Assembly (NCBI GenBank): GCA_029856145.1
Contig: JAHQWK010000023.1
Location: forward strand, 32,001 to 96,000
Origin: Promethearchaeia archaeon
GTDB lineage: Archaea > Asgardarchaeota > Lokiarchaeia > Sigyniarchaeales > SOKP01
Direction of reading: 5' to 3'
DNA: 64,000 nt
In this document: positions 31,167-41,573 of the stretch, piece by piece
Numbering within the stretch: the first letter of the stretch is position 1
Layout: every line of letters starts with the position of its first letter
Notes under the pieces: generated by a model
What the model was told of the DNA's origin: nothing
Database searches by the model: none
The model's input: the letters and a program-made list of their open reading frames with translations, nothing else
Position numbers and translations under genes: made by a program

Positions 31167-32870
31167 CTATTTTTTTCTATTTACACACGCTTTGATAAAG
31201 TCTAAGTAAAGGGGGGATGGATTATACGGACGTGATTTAAATTCGGGATGGAATTGAGTACCAACCATCCAATGATCTTTTCTATCTAATTCTATACTAT
31301 TAATTATTTTTCCAGTTTCATCTCGGCTAGATACTCGCAAACCTTTTTCTTTGGCTTCAATATTTATAAATTTCTCTTGAATGTGAAATCTATGTCGATA
31401 CCGTTCAAATATTTCCTCTTGTTTATATGCTTCATAAAGCCGTGTACCTTTCTCAACAACTATTTTTTGAGCACCTAATCTCATAGTGCCACCAATTTCA
31501 GTTACTCCTTTCTGACTTTCTAAAATATCTACAACGGGATATGGAGTATTAGGATCAATTTCAGTTGAATTTGCTTTTTTTAAACCCAGATATTTTCTAC
31601 AGAAAGCTACAAAAAATAATTGAGCTCCGAAGCATATTCCAAGAAAGGGAATTTTTTCTTCCATAGCATATTCTGCTGATTTTATCATCCCTTCTACTGC
31701 TCTTTCCCCAAATCCAGGAGTAAGTAAAATACCATCACAATCTTTCAGCTGTTCCATAATATTTGTATTTCCTTCTATATTAACCATTTTCAATTCTGTT
31801 TTATACCCTAAATGAGCAGCAGCGTCTTCTAAAGCAACATTAATAGAAATATAAGAATCTGAAATGTTAAAATATTTTCCTGGCATTCCGATTTTAACGG
31901 TTTTTTTAGCTTTTTTAAATAGTTCAACCATCTTTACCCATTCAGAGTAATTTGTTACCTCACTATAGGCAACCAATTTTGCCTTCAAATCAATAAGTTC
32001 GCAAATAAGATCTCCTAATCCCTGTTCCTCGAACAATAGAGGTAATTCATAAACGATTTCTAAATCTGGGTTAGAAATTACAGCATTTTCGGGGACGTTA
32101 GAATATAGGGATATTTTTCTTTTAATGTCATTATCTAAAGGTTTTTCGCTTCTGCCTATTATTAAATCGGGTTGTAATCCTAGACTTTGGAGCATCTTCA
32201 CACTATGCTGCGTCGGCTTTGATTTCTGTTGCCCTACAGCTCTAGAATAAGGAATAAGAGTAACATGAACAAAAGCAGTTCGCTTTGGATATGCTAATTT
32301 TAATTGTCGAAATGCTTCTAGAAATATGCTTGATTCTAAATCTCCTACTGTACCTCCACATTCAATTAATAACACATCTAAATCTTCTTTTTCAGCAATT
32401 TCCATTAATCGTTCCTTTATTATATCTGTTACATGCGGTATTATTTGAACAGTTTTCCCCAAAAATCTTCCCTTTCTTTCACTAAGGATTGTAGAAAGAT
32501 AAATTTGGCCTGATGTTATATTATGGGATGGGTGCATCTCAATTCCTAGTATTCTAGAATAAGTGCCAAAATCCTGATCAATTTCAGAAATTCTATATGA
32601 TCTTTCATCAGATCCAGGGACTGGTCTAAAATTCCATACATCTTCGGTAATAAAACATTCTCCATGCTCAATTGGGTTCAGAGTCCCGGGATCTACATTT
32701 AAATATGGATCTATTTTAACTACTGATACTTTAAAACCACGAAATTGAAGTACCTTACCAATACTGGCAGTTGCGACGCCCTTGCCATAGCCTATTATAA
32801 TGAAATATTATAATATTATGCCAGACATCACACCGCCCGTTACAAATACAAATTTACTACTCGAATTCAT
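31167..32870 (-). CDS. pyrG: CTP synthase split by a 30-nt insert (exon 1 32870-32817, exon 2 32786-31167; 557 aa if spliced)
   Basis: KFVFVTGGVMSG[I]GKGVATASIG, KIDPYLNVDPGT, GKTVQIIPH, GGTVGDLE, KSKPTQ, GICFG, QFHPEF. Confidence 0.93.
32787..32816 (-). other. Putative BHB/BHL-type mRNA intron in pyrG
   Basis: 30 nt, in-frame TAA at 32810-32808, perfect 9-bp internal hairpin, flanking exon-exon helix; removal restores SGIGKG. Confidence 0.7.
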
Positions 32871-33159
32871 AATTTATACTACTATTTTAAAAACCAATTT
32901 AATTTTTAATCAAACTATTTAAACAAAATTATAAAAAGAAAGCAATTTTTAAAAGAATTTCTAAATCATTACATAAGTTACTTCATGATACTTTCAGTTA
33001 TTTTCCTTTAAAAATTCGATCGCTTTTTGTAATTAATGATTTTATCGCTGTTATAGAATAAAATCTTCAATATTAAGTTTATTCTTATTTTATGATGCCC
33101 GCATGAAAAAATATATAAAATAAAAAGAACATTAAAGTGAACTAAGATTATTTAAAAAC

Positions 33160-34371
33160 TTATTCAAATTCAAAGACTACCTTAAGTGAGTCATGTTCAC
33201 TCTTGTTTGAAGCCACTTCCAATGCCTCTTTATATTTTTCCAAGGAAAACTTATGAGTTATAAAATCGCTCACCTTGACTTGTCCAGATGATATTAAAGC
33301 TAAAGCAATTTGCAAAGTTCGTTTTTTCTCACCATTAATAATTTCAGTACCAAAGGTATTTGAGGCAATAACAGTTATTTCTTTAACAAATAATGGTGTC
33401 CAATCGAGTTCCAAATTAGCAGGTTGTCCTATTAATATGAGAGTCCCTTTTGGTTTTACTAATCTAAGGCTAGTAGTTAAAGATGATGGAATTCCTACAC
33501 AATCAAAAATAATGTCCGCACCACCCCCGACAAGTAATGGATCTTGTAATGGTGGTGACACTGTCCTTACTCCTAATTTTCTTGCGATTTTTCTTATAAA
33601 TGTACTCTTACTTGCTAAAAAAACCTCATCTGCACCCATTTTCGTCGCTAAATCAATTTGAGACTGTCTTGTATCAATAGCTATGATTTTACAATTTGAG
33701 AATGCTTTCAAGGCTAATATCGAACATAATCCCATTACCCCACATCCAACAATTATTACTTTTTCATTTTCTTTTGGAATCTTTTTCAATACTCCATGAA
33801 TTGAACCTGCTAAGGGTTCGGAAATCAAAGCATCTTCAAAAGAAATTGAATCTGAAATCTTTAAAACCTGATTTTTATGCGCAATAACATATTCTCCCCA
33901 CCCTCCACCAGTATCTTTACAAAAACCCATCATAAATCCTGGAGAAATATCACCTTTATCGACATTATAACATAAAATAAAATCTCCTTCTTTGCAAGCA
34001 TCACATAATTCAAGGCCCCTTACTTCACAACTTAGGACTTCATCAATTAATACTCTATCTCCAACAGATAAATTCTTCACATTTGCTCCTACTTCAGTAA
34101 TAGTCCCTACAATTTCATGACCTGGAACTGCAGGAGTAGATATAAAATTAAGTTGATAAGTAGATTGCTTAATCTCTAATATATGGATATCTGTTCCACA
34201 AATACCTCCTAATTTTACCTTTATTTTAACCCAATTATCATTGATTAATTCTGGTTCAGGAACATCATCATATGTTACTAATTCATGGATTTTAGATGTA
34301 AAATTAGGATCTGATCTCTTTTTATTTAATAATTCGAGAAATTTTTCAGCGGTTATTCTTAAAGCTTTCAT
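33160..34371 (-). CDS. Zn-dependent medium-chain dehydrogenase
   Basis: GICGTD, GHE, C..CDAC..C, GCGVMG. Confidence 0.92.
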   Translation of the reverse strand: MKALRITAEKFLELLNKKRSDPNFTSKIHELVTYDDVPEPELINDNWVKIKVKLGGICGTDIHILEIKQSTYQLNFISTPAVPGHEIVGTITEVGANVKNLSVGDRVLIDEVLSCEVRGLELCDACKEGDFILCYNVDKGDISPGFMMGFCKDTGGGWGEYVIAHKNQVLKISDSISFEDALISEPLAGSIHGVLKKIPKENEKVIIVGCGVMGLCSILALKAFSNCKIIAIDTRQSQIDLATKMGADEVFLASKSTFIRKIARKLGVRTVSPPLQDPLLVGGGADIIFDCVGIPSSLTTSLRLVKPKGTLILIGQPANLELDWTPLFVKEITVIASNTFGTEIINGEKKRTLQIALALISSGQVKVSDFITHKFSLEKYKEALEVASNKSEHDSLKVVFEFE

Positions 34372-34445
34372 ATTACAAATTTTATTTTAATTCCAATTAT
34401 ATTTTTACAATTATTTCATAAATAAAAGAATAAGAAAGTAGAAAT

Positions 34446-36158
34446 TTATAAAATTCCCATACTACCCATAAGTTTTGTTGTGTCTGGTGTTTCAAACCCA
34501 ATCTTCACATCTAAGACTGCAGGTTTTCCAGAATTTTTAGCTCTTTCGAATGCAGGTTTTATCTCATTAGGATCAGTTATAACTTCCCCGTAACAACCAA
34601 AACTTTCTGCACATTTTGCATAATCAAATTCTGGCAAGTCTACATCAATATAACGTTTCCCTTTAAAAAGTTTCTGTCCAGATTTAATCATACCCCATGA
34701 ACTATTATTAGCTATAACATATACTAGATTTTTTAAATTTAATCTCACAGCGGTTTCTAAATCTTGCACATTAATCATAAATGCCCCATCACCTGCTATT
34801 GCCACTACCTGTTTATCAGGTTTTGCTAATTTAGCACCAATTCCATAAGGTACAGCAGTACCTAATTGGCCCATACCTGTAGCGGCTAGAGTTGAGAGTG
34901 GTTTTCGTATATTGTAATCATAAATTTGTTCTGCTGCAGAAACAGAAATATCTCCCCCATCAAGTATTAAAATAGCATCTTCATCCATTTCTTCAAAGAT
35001 ATCTTTAAGGAGTCTTTTTGGCATTATAGGGATTTTATCTTTGGATAATTTCTTATTTAATTTTTCAATATTATTCTGTCGAGTTTGAATAAGTTCTTCT
35101 AACCATTCTCTACTATCTACTCTATCTATTTTTTTTACTTTTTCAAGGATTTGGGTCAAAAATTGCTTACAATCACCAATAATACCCAATGTTATTGGTT
35201 TCGCACGGCCAATTATTGAAGGATCAATATCTACCTGGATTAAAGTTTGAGAATCTTTCCAAAAAGGCTCATCGCCATGCGCCAGAGTCCATGAAAATTT
35301 ACATCCTAGAGCAATAATCACGTCTGCTTCTGGTATTATTTTTAATCCCATACCAGCAACACCTGCTCCAAATAAATATTGTGATTTTTCTGGTATAGTA
35401 CCTATTCCAGAACTAGTCGTTATTACAGGTAGTTGTAAATAATCAACAAATTCTTCTAATTCATTCCAAGCTTCTGCTCGTGAAACCCCTCCTCCTGATA
35501 CTATTAATGGTTTTTCTGCATTTAATAATAGTTCTAAAGCTTCTTCTATTAATTCATCCTTAATAGCCGGCTTTTCAATAGCACGATATTTTTCAATATT
35601 TAAAATTTCTAGTTGATCCTCTTCAATCTCCTCAAGAAAAGCATCCTCAAATATTTCTAATAAAACAGGTTGAGATCGACCACCTAATGCTTCTCTAAAT
35701 GCTTTATGAACCGCATCTGGGATTTCTTTGAGTTTGCGAATACTTTTCTGATATTTTGTTATTGGTTTATACATTGTAATTTGATCAAGACTGCCTTGTA
35801 AAGTAAAAGAGTCCTGAAACTCAGAATTTACTTGAGGTACAATTGCAATAATAGGAATATTATCAGCCCAAGCGGCACCAACTCCGGATATTAGATTTAT
35901 GGCTCCAGGACCAGCTGTTCCAAAACAGATACCTGGAGTGTTTGTTACTCTCGTCCACGCATCAGCTGCATGACCTGCTGATGCTTCATGTCTGAATAAA
36001 ACAGTATCTATTCCTTGTTCTCTCCCCCATTTGTATATTGCATCGTACATGTTTAAAAATTGTCCACCAGGGACACCGAATAAATATTTAATATTTTCCT
36101 TTAGAAGACATTTTACTAATACGTCTCCACCATTTATCATTTTCTTTTCTTCCGCCAT
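34446..36158 (-). CDS. ThDP-dependent enzyme (acetolactate synthase / 2-hydroxyacyl-CoA lyase family)
   Basis: RHEASAGHAAD, TAGPG, GDGAF...NNSSWG. Confidence 0.9.
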   Translation of the reverse strand: MAEEKKMINGGDVLVKCLLKENIKYLFGVPGGQFLNMYDAIYKWGREQGIDTVLFRHEASAGHAADAWTRVTNTPGICFGTAGPGAINLISGVGAAWADNIPIIAIVPQVNSEFQDSFTLQGSLDQITMYKPITKYQKSIRKLKEIPDAVHKAFREALGGRSQPVLLEIFEDAFLEEIEEDQLEILNIEKYRAIEKPAIKDELIEEALELLLNAEKPLIVSGGGVSRAEAWNELEEFVDYLQLPVITTSSGIGTIPEKSQYLFGAGVAGMGLKIIPEADVIIALGCKFSWTLAHGDEPFWKDSQTLIQVDIDPSIIGRAKPITLGIIGDCKQFLTQILEKVKKIDRVDSREWLEELIQTRQNNIEKLNKKLSKDKIPIMPKRLLKDIFEEMDEDAILILDGGDISVSAAEQIYDYNIRKPLSTLAATGMGQLGTAVPYGIGAKLAKPDKQVVAIAGDGAFMINVQDLETAVRLNLKNLVYVIANNSSWGMIKSGQKLFKGKRYIDVDLPEFDYAKCAESFGCYGEVITDPNEIKPAFERAKNSGKPAVLDVKIGFETPDTTKLMGSMGIL

Positions 36159-36225
36159 AATATTCACTTAATTTAAAACATTTCATAAAGATTGATTTAA
36201 ACTTTATATTTTTTAGTTTAAATAA

Positions 36226-37200
36226 TTATCTAATTACTTTAATATCATAAGATAAAGGTTCAGGAATGCTTTGGACAATATTGTGCTTGATGTTAAGCTT
36301 TTCTAATGCATTGAGTGAAGTAATAAATTGCGGAATTTCCTTTAATTGATTGTAGCTTAAATCTAATTCTTTAAGTTGTGTTAATTTTTTTAGAGAGAAA
36401 GGTAATTTTTTTAATCCAATTCTTCGGAGGGTTAACTTTTTTAAATAAATTAAGGATCCTATTGATTCTGGAATTGATGATATTACAACGTCATTATGGG
36501 TATATTTTCTTAATGAACATAAGTACACATCAAGATCTTGTAGTTTAGAAAGAGAATTGACGATATCTGTGTTATTTTTAATAAATTTCCAATTAAAATA
36601 ATTAAAATTTAAAATTTCGACATGTCTATCTTTGATAGCTAACCAAGGTTCACCATTTTTAATATCGCTTAAAGTTTCAAAATGCTTATAACTAAAAGGA
36701 TCTATCACATAATTTCTTTTACCCTTAGCAAACAGCACTTCCAAATCTAAAAAAAATTTTGATTCTTGAGGAACTACTCCAATTTTGGTAGAGAATTGAT
36801 CATTCCAGTTGATTAAATCCTTTTTCATCAACTTTAATTGAGGAGAATCAAATTTCTCCATGGAATTAAAAAATAGATTTAAAACTAATGGGGATCTTTC
36901 ATGATGAATGGCCCATCTTAAAGCAGAAAGACCATATTCTAGATAATTATGAATTATATATTTTGCTACTGAAGCTCTCACAATCGCGTTTTCATCAGAT
37001 ATCAAGTAATTCTCTAGGATTTTAAATATCTTTTCACTCTGAACATTTAAATTTTCCAAGGTTTTAATGCTCTCTACACGAATCTCTATGTTATCACTAC
37101 CCTCAATTAATGAAATTAACAGTTCTACTGCATTTTCTCTTACTAAATCTCCAGTTGATAGGTCCTTTTGGATTTTTTCTGGTGTTAGAGATTCTTTCAT
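36226..37200 (-). CDS. HEAT-repeat + leucine-rich-repeat protein
   Basis: LISDENAIVRASVA HEAT-like motif; C-terminal LKELDLSYNQLKEIP LRRs. Confidence 0.85.
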   Translation of the reverse strand: MKESLTPEKIQKDLSTGDLVRENAVELLISLIEGSDNIEIRVESIKTLENLNVQSEKIFKILENYLISDENAIVRASVAKYIIHNYLEYGLSALRWAIHHERSPLVLNLFFNSMEKFDSPQLKLMKKDLINWNDQFSTKIGVVPQESKFFLDLEVLFAKGKRNYVIDPFSYKHFETLSDIKNGEPWLAIKDRHVEILNFNYFNWKFIKNNTDIVNSLSKLQDLDVYLCSLRKYTHNDVVISSIPESIGSLIYLKKLTLRRIGLKKLPFSLKKLTQLKELDLSYNQLKEIPQFITSLNALEKLNIKHNIVQSIPEPLSYDIKVIR

Positions 37201-37208
37201 TTACCTAT

Positions 37209-37289
37209 TTAAGATTAATATTTCTTAAAAACCAAATATATATCAAATCTTATTAAGATTAATATTTCATAAAAACTGAATATTTATCA
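37209..37289. repeat. Imperfect tandem duplication (2 x 37 nt, period 44) in a divergent promoter region
   Basis: ttaagattaatatttc(t/a)taaaaac(ca/tg)aatat(a/t)tatca at 37209 and 37253; 4 mismatches. Confidence 0.75.
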
Positions 37290-37339
37290 GCTAACAATTA
37301 ATATATACTCGAAGATTTTATGAAAGTACGATTTTTGGT

Positions 37340-37702
37340 GTGGTTGTTGTGATTGATGAGAGGAGAATTGTTTGGAAGAAGTGCAAAAATTGTGGTTTTT
37401 TGCAGCATAAGACACATTTAAGGTGTTTAGAATGTAAGAAGGGAGATTTTGAAACGGTTGAAGTATCTGGATCATGCAAGTTATTATCTTATACAATTTT
37501 AACAGCACCTCCAGCAGAATTTCGAGATAAAATATCTTATGCAATTGGTATTGTAGAATTTGAAAATGGAATTAAAGGGCTTGGACAAATCACAACTCAA
37601 GATAATTTACATATTGGAATGAAATTAAAACCTATATACAAAAAGATTTGTGAAAATTTAGATGGAAAGGAAATTCATGCTTATGTTTTTGAACCAATAT
37701 AA
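37340..37702 (+). CDS. DUF35-type Zn-ribbon + OB-fold protein
   Basis: CKNCG..CLEC, SYTIL..PPAEF..YAIGIVEF. Confidence 0.85.
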   Translation: MVVVIDERRIVWKKCKNCGFLQHKTHLRCLECKKGDFETVEVSGSCKLLSYTILTAPPAEFRDKISYAIGIVEFENGIKGLGQITTQDNLHIGMKLKPIYKKICENLDGKEIHAYVFEPI

Positions 37703-37727
37703 TATTTAAAAAAGTGGTTAAAATACT

Positions 37728-39404
37728 ATGTTATCAAAAGAAGAAATTGAGAAAATTGAAGTTAAAAAGAAGGAATGGGAAGAAAAATTCTTATCTAAAT
37801 TTGTTGAGAAGGGAGAAACGAAGGAGAAATTTGAAACTCCTTCAGGTATTCCCTTAAAACATGTTTATAGTCCAGATGATATTAAAAGTATAAATTACAT
37901 AGAAGATCTTGGATTTCCTGGAGCACCTCCATTCACAAGGGGAGTATATCCAAATATGTATCGTGGAAGAATTTGGACTATGCGACAATATGGAGGGTTT
38001 GCTGACGCAGCGAAAACAAACGAGAGATTTAAATATCTAATATCACAAGGACAAAAGGGATTATCTATAGCATTTGATCTTCCTACTCAGATGGGATATA
38101 ACTCTGATGATAAGATTTGTATAGGTGAGGTTGGACGGATTGGGGTAACTGTAAATTCCTTAAAAGATTTTGAAAAAATATTTGAAGGAATCTCCTTAGA
38201 TGATGTCTCAACAAGTATGACCATAAATGCACCAACAGCGGTAATTTTAGCCATGTATATTGCTGTTGGAGAAAATCAAGGAGTGAAACTAGAACAGTTA
38301 ACTGGTACTGTTCAAAATGATATTTTAAAAGAATATGTTGCAAGAGGTACCTATATATTCCCCCCAAAACCCTCTTTAAGACTTACTGCTGATGTAGTTG
38401 AATATTGTTCAAAATATCTTCCAAGATTTAATTCTATTAGTATTAGTGGCTACCATATGCGTGAAGCAGGATGTAATGCTTTCCAAGAGATTGCATTTAC
38501 ATTAGCTGATGGTATCGCATATGTTGAAGAGGTCATTAAGCGAGGAATTGATATAGATGATTTTGCTTCTAGATTATCATTTTTTTTCACTACTCACAAC
38601 AATTTTTTTGAAGAAATTGCCAAATTAAGAGCTGCTAGAAGATTATGGTCGAAACTTATGAAAGAACGTTTCAAAGCAAAAAATCCTGAATCATTAAGAT
38701 TAAGATTTCACACTCAGACTGCAGGAGTTACTTTAACAGCTCAACAACCGCAAGTAAATATAATTAGAGTAGCTGTTCAAGCTTTAGCTGCAATTCTAGG
38801 CGGTACACAGTCATTACATACCTGTGGTGCTGATGAAGCATTAGCAATTCCAACTGAAGAATCAGTTAAATTATCTTTAAGAACCCAACAAGTTCTTGCT
38901 TATGAGACAGGGGTTACTGATGTTGTAGATCCTTTAGGTGGCTCATATTACATTGAATATTTAACAAATAAATTAGCAGAAAAAGCGTTAGAATATATTG
39001 AAAAAATAGATCATATGGGGGGTATAACAGAAGCTATTGAAAAGGCATTTATTCAGCAAGAAATTCAAAATAACGCTTATAGAGAACAGTTAAAAATAGA
39101 AGAAGGAGAAAATAAAGTAATTGGTGTAAACATATTCTGTACAAATGAAGAGTGTAAAATAGATACATTTAAGTATGATCAGCATGCCGAAAGGAGAATC
39201 ATAAATTCTTTGAATGAATTAAAAGCAGTACGAAATGAAAATTTAGTAAAAGAAAATTTAAATAAGTTGAAAAAAATTGCTCAATCTTCAGAAAATATAA
39301 TGCCAATAATGATAAAGACAGTGAAAACATATGCTACAATTCAAGAAATATGTGATATTTTGAGAGAAGTATTCGGAGAATACGAAAGTCCTCAAATTTT
39401 TTAA
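37728..39404 (+). CDS. Methylmalonyl-CoA mutase, substrate-binding large subunit
   Basis: PFTRGVY, WTMRQYGGF (Tyr type), QNDILKEY.ARG, ISGYHMREAG; no B12-binding domain. Confidence 0.92.
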   Translation: MLSKEEIEKIEVKKKEWEEKFLSKFVEKGETKEKFETPSGIPLKHVYSPDDIKSINYIEDLGFPGAPPFTRGVYPNMYRGRIWTMRQYGGFADAAKTNERFKYLISQGQKGLSIAFDLPTQMGYNSDDKICIGEVGRIGVTVNSLKDFEKIFEGISLDDVSTSMTINAPTAVILAMYIAVGENQGVKLEQLTGTVQNDILKEYVARGTYIFPPKPSLRLTADVVEYCSKYLPRFNSISISGYHMREAGCNAFQEIAFTLADGIAYVEEVIKRGIDIDDFASRLSFFFTTHNNFFEEIAKLRAARRLWSKLMKERFKAKNPESLRLRFHTQTAGVTLTAQQPQVNIIRVAVQALAAILGGTQSLHTCGADEALAIPTEESVKLSLRTQQVLAYETGVTDVVDPLGGSYYIEYLTNKLAEKALEYIEKIDHMGGITEAIEKAFIQQEIQNNAYREQLKIEEGENKVIGVNIFCTNEECKIDTFKYDQHAERRIINSLNELKAVRNENLVKENLNKLKKIAQSSENIMPIMIKTVKTYATIQEICDILREVFGEYESPQIF

Positions 39405-39448
39405 ATTTCTCAACTAGTTTAAATATAAATGGGGTATTTTAAAAAAAC

Positions 39449-39949
39449 ATGTCCAATCTTGATGAAGAAACAAAAAAACGCTCAGAAAAGATGATAAACC
39501 TATTTAATACTTTTAAAAAACAAGAATTAAAAAACCTACCAGTTCCTCCTTTTACAAAATGGGCTAATGGGAAAATAATAAAAGCAGAGTTTGGTTTAAT
39601 GGAATTAGAATTTGAAGTAAGACCTGAAATGGCTAATCCAACGAACTTACTACATGGTGGAATACAATGTGCGTTAATGGATGATGTGATAGGGATTACT
39701 ACCGCCACTTTGGGATATAAAGGGTTTCCAATTAGCATAGACTTCCATGTGGATTACTTAGGAAAAGTGCAAGTTGGTGAAAAAATAAGAGTGATTGGTG
39801 TAATTATTCGGGAGGGAAGAAATATTATCCATGCAAATGCAGAAATTCGTGATATGAAAAATAATCTAATTTCAACTGGTAATTCAAATCTACTGAAGAC
39901 TCAGTTTATACCAGATTATGTAAAAACTGCTGATAAACTAGAAAATTAA
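39449..39949 (+). CDS. PaaI-family thioesterase
   Basis: NPTNLLHGGIQCALMD. Confidence 0.9.
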   Translation: MSNLDEETKKRSEKMINLFNTFKKQELKNLPVPPFTKWANGKIIKAEFGLMELEFEVRPEMANPTNLLHGGIQCALMDDVIGITTATLGYKGFPISIDFHVDYLGKVQVGEKIRVIGVIIREGRNIIHANAEIRDMKNNLISTGNSNLLKTQFIPDYVKTADKLEN

Positions 39950-41383
39950 TCAAGAATGTTCCAATCTTTTTTTATAATTTGTAATCTTTGAGAGTAATGG
40001 AATAACTTCAAGTGGATCTCCAAAAACTGGAACTCTTCTCTCAATTAACTTTTTTGAAATTCTATCTCTTTCTTCTGGGCGATTCAAGCGTTGAATTATA
40101 GGAATTAATGGTTTATTGTGTTTATGACCTAAACTTAAGCTTTCTATCATATTAGATTCAAAAGACTGATTATCCATTGATTTAAAGACTGTAGTTAAAT
40201 AAAAACTAGGTAAATCTAATATTAAACCATCTATTTTTTTGTCAGTTAAAGCAAGATCAATTGTTTCATATACAGCATTTTCAAAGAAAAACTGTGCTGC
40301 TAAATCTAAAGGATTTTTTGAACTTGTTCCAGGTAACAATAATTTTAAATTTAATTTCTCTTGAATTTTTGGAGTAAAAGGAGGAACTTTCATTCCTTCT
40401 TTTTCAAGTAGATCAACTAAAAGAACACCATAACCTCCACTGATACTAAAAACTGCCAGGTTATTTAATTCGAAAATTCCATAACAATCAATTAAACGAG
40501 CAGCATATAATAATTGTTCTAAAGTATTAACTTGAATAATATTATACTGTTTAAGAAAGGCTTCCCAGAGTCGCTTGTCTCCTGAGATTGAAGCCGTATG
40601 GGTTTTAGCTGCAATTGATCCAGTTTCAGATTGCCCTCCTTTCAAGACGATAATAGGTTTTTTATTTTGATTGAGAACTTTTTTTAAGTCTTCAATTCTG
40701 CCTTCTTTAATACCCTCTAAATAACATAAAATAATAGTGGTTTCTGGATCATTACTTAAAAAATATATTAAATCAACAAAATCCAAATCAGCACCATTTC
40801 CAAATGAAAATACTTTCGAAAAATTAATCCCGATGGCATTCGCACCATAAATAGCAATATTACATATCCCCCCAGACTGTGCAATAAATCCTATGTTTCC
40901 TGGTGTTGTTGGAAATTGTGGGCGCCAAGCTATCCCTAATTTAGGATAAAATAATCCCATCCCGTTTGGTCCTAATACCCTTACCTTATTTTGTGCTTGC
41001 TTCAATATTTCCTTTTCTAATTGAATGCCTTCTTCCGTACCTGAATCAGAAAATTCAGAAGTAAAAATAGTTACTAATTTTACCTTTTTTTTTACACAAG
41101 CTTTCATTGTACTTAATATTTGAGATGGAGGAACTGCTATGAATGCAAAATCGACTTCTCCAGGGATTTCTTCTAATGATGAATAAATATTTTCCTTGTT
41201 GAAATTGTGTATTTTATCAACAGTTGGGTGTACAGCATAAATAGGACCTTCAAAATAATCTGCATGATTTTTTAAAAAAAAATATTCTCGTTTTTTGGAG
41301 GGGCCAATCACAGCTATAGATTTAATACTATTAATAAAAGAAATATCCTTAATGCTAAACTCTTGAGAATTTATCTTAGGCAT
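39950..41383 (-). CDS. Acyl-CoA synthetase (ADP-forming) alpha-subunit family
   Basis: VLGPNGMG, AQSGG, FGNGAD, AAKTHTAS, NPLDL. Confidence 0.88.
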   Translation of the reverse strand: MPKINSQEFSIKDISFINSIKSIAVIGPSKKREYFFLKNHADYFEGPIYAVHPTVDKIHNFNKENIYSSLEEIPGEVDFAFIAVPPSQILSTMKACVKKKVKLVTIFTSEFSDSGTEEGIQLEKEILKQAQNKVRVLGPNGMGLFYPKLGIAWRPQFPTTPGNIGFIAQSGGICNIAIYGANAIGINFSKVFSFGNGADLDFVDLIYFLSNDPETTIILCYLEGIKEGRIEDLKKVLNQNKKPIIVLKGGQSETGSIAAKTHTASISGDKRLWEAFLKQYNIIQVNTLEQLLYAARLIDCYGIFELNNLAVFSISGGYGVLLVDLLEKEGMKVPPFTPKIQEKLNLKLLLPGTSSKNPLDLAAQFFFENAVYETIDLALTDKKIDGLILDLPSFYLTTVFKSMDNQSFESNMIESLSLGHKHNKPLIPIIQRLNRPEERDRISKKLIERRVPVFGDPLEVIPLLSKITNYKKRLEHS

Positions 41384-41573
41384 TAATATTTTAAATATAA
41401 TGTGTAATAAATTTTTTAAGATTTGTTAATTGTTCTTAAATCTGTTATTTTAGAGTAATAAAAGAATTTTAATATCCTATACGTGTTTCTTGTTAGGGAA
41501 TTGGTAATTAATTATAAATAATTATTAAGTTGTACTTATAAATAATAAGTTTATAAAAGAGTTTTATTTCTCA

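Noticed and set aside
32590-32645. Extra residues VWNFRPVPGSDERSYRI in PyrG as a second intron or hammerhead (CTGATGA/GAAA present)
   Set aside because: In frame, no stop, protein-like; I could not build BHB or hammerhead stems.
32787-32816. pyrG as a simple pseudogene, or stop readthrough/selenocysteine
   Set aside because: The stop is TAA, not TGA. Readthrough would put 10 extra residues in the nucleotide-binding loop. The rest of the gene is intact, and the hairpin/exon pairing fits splicing better.
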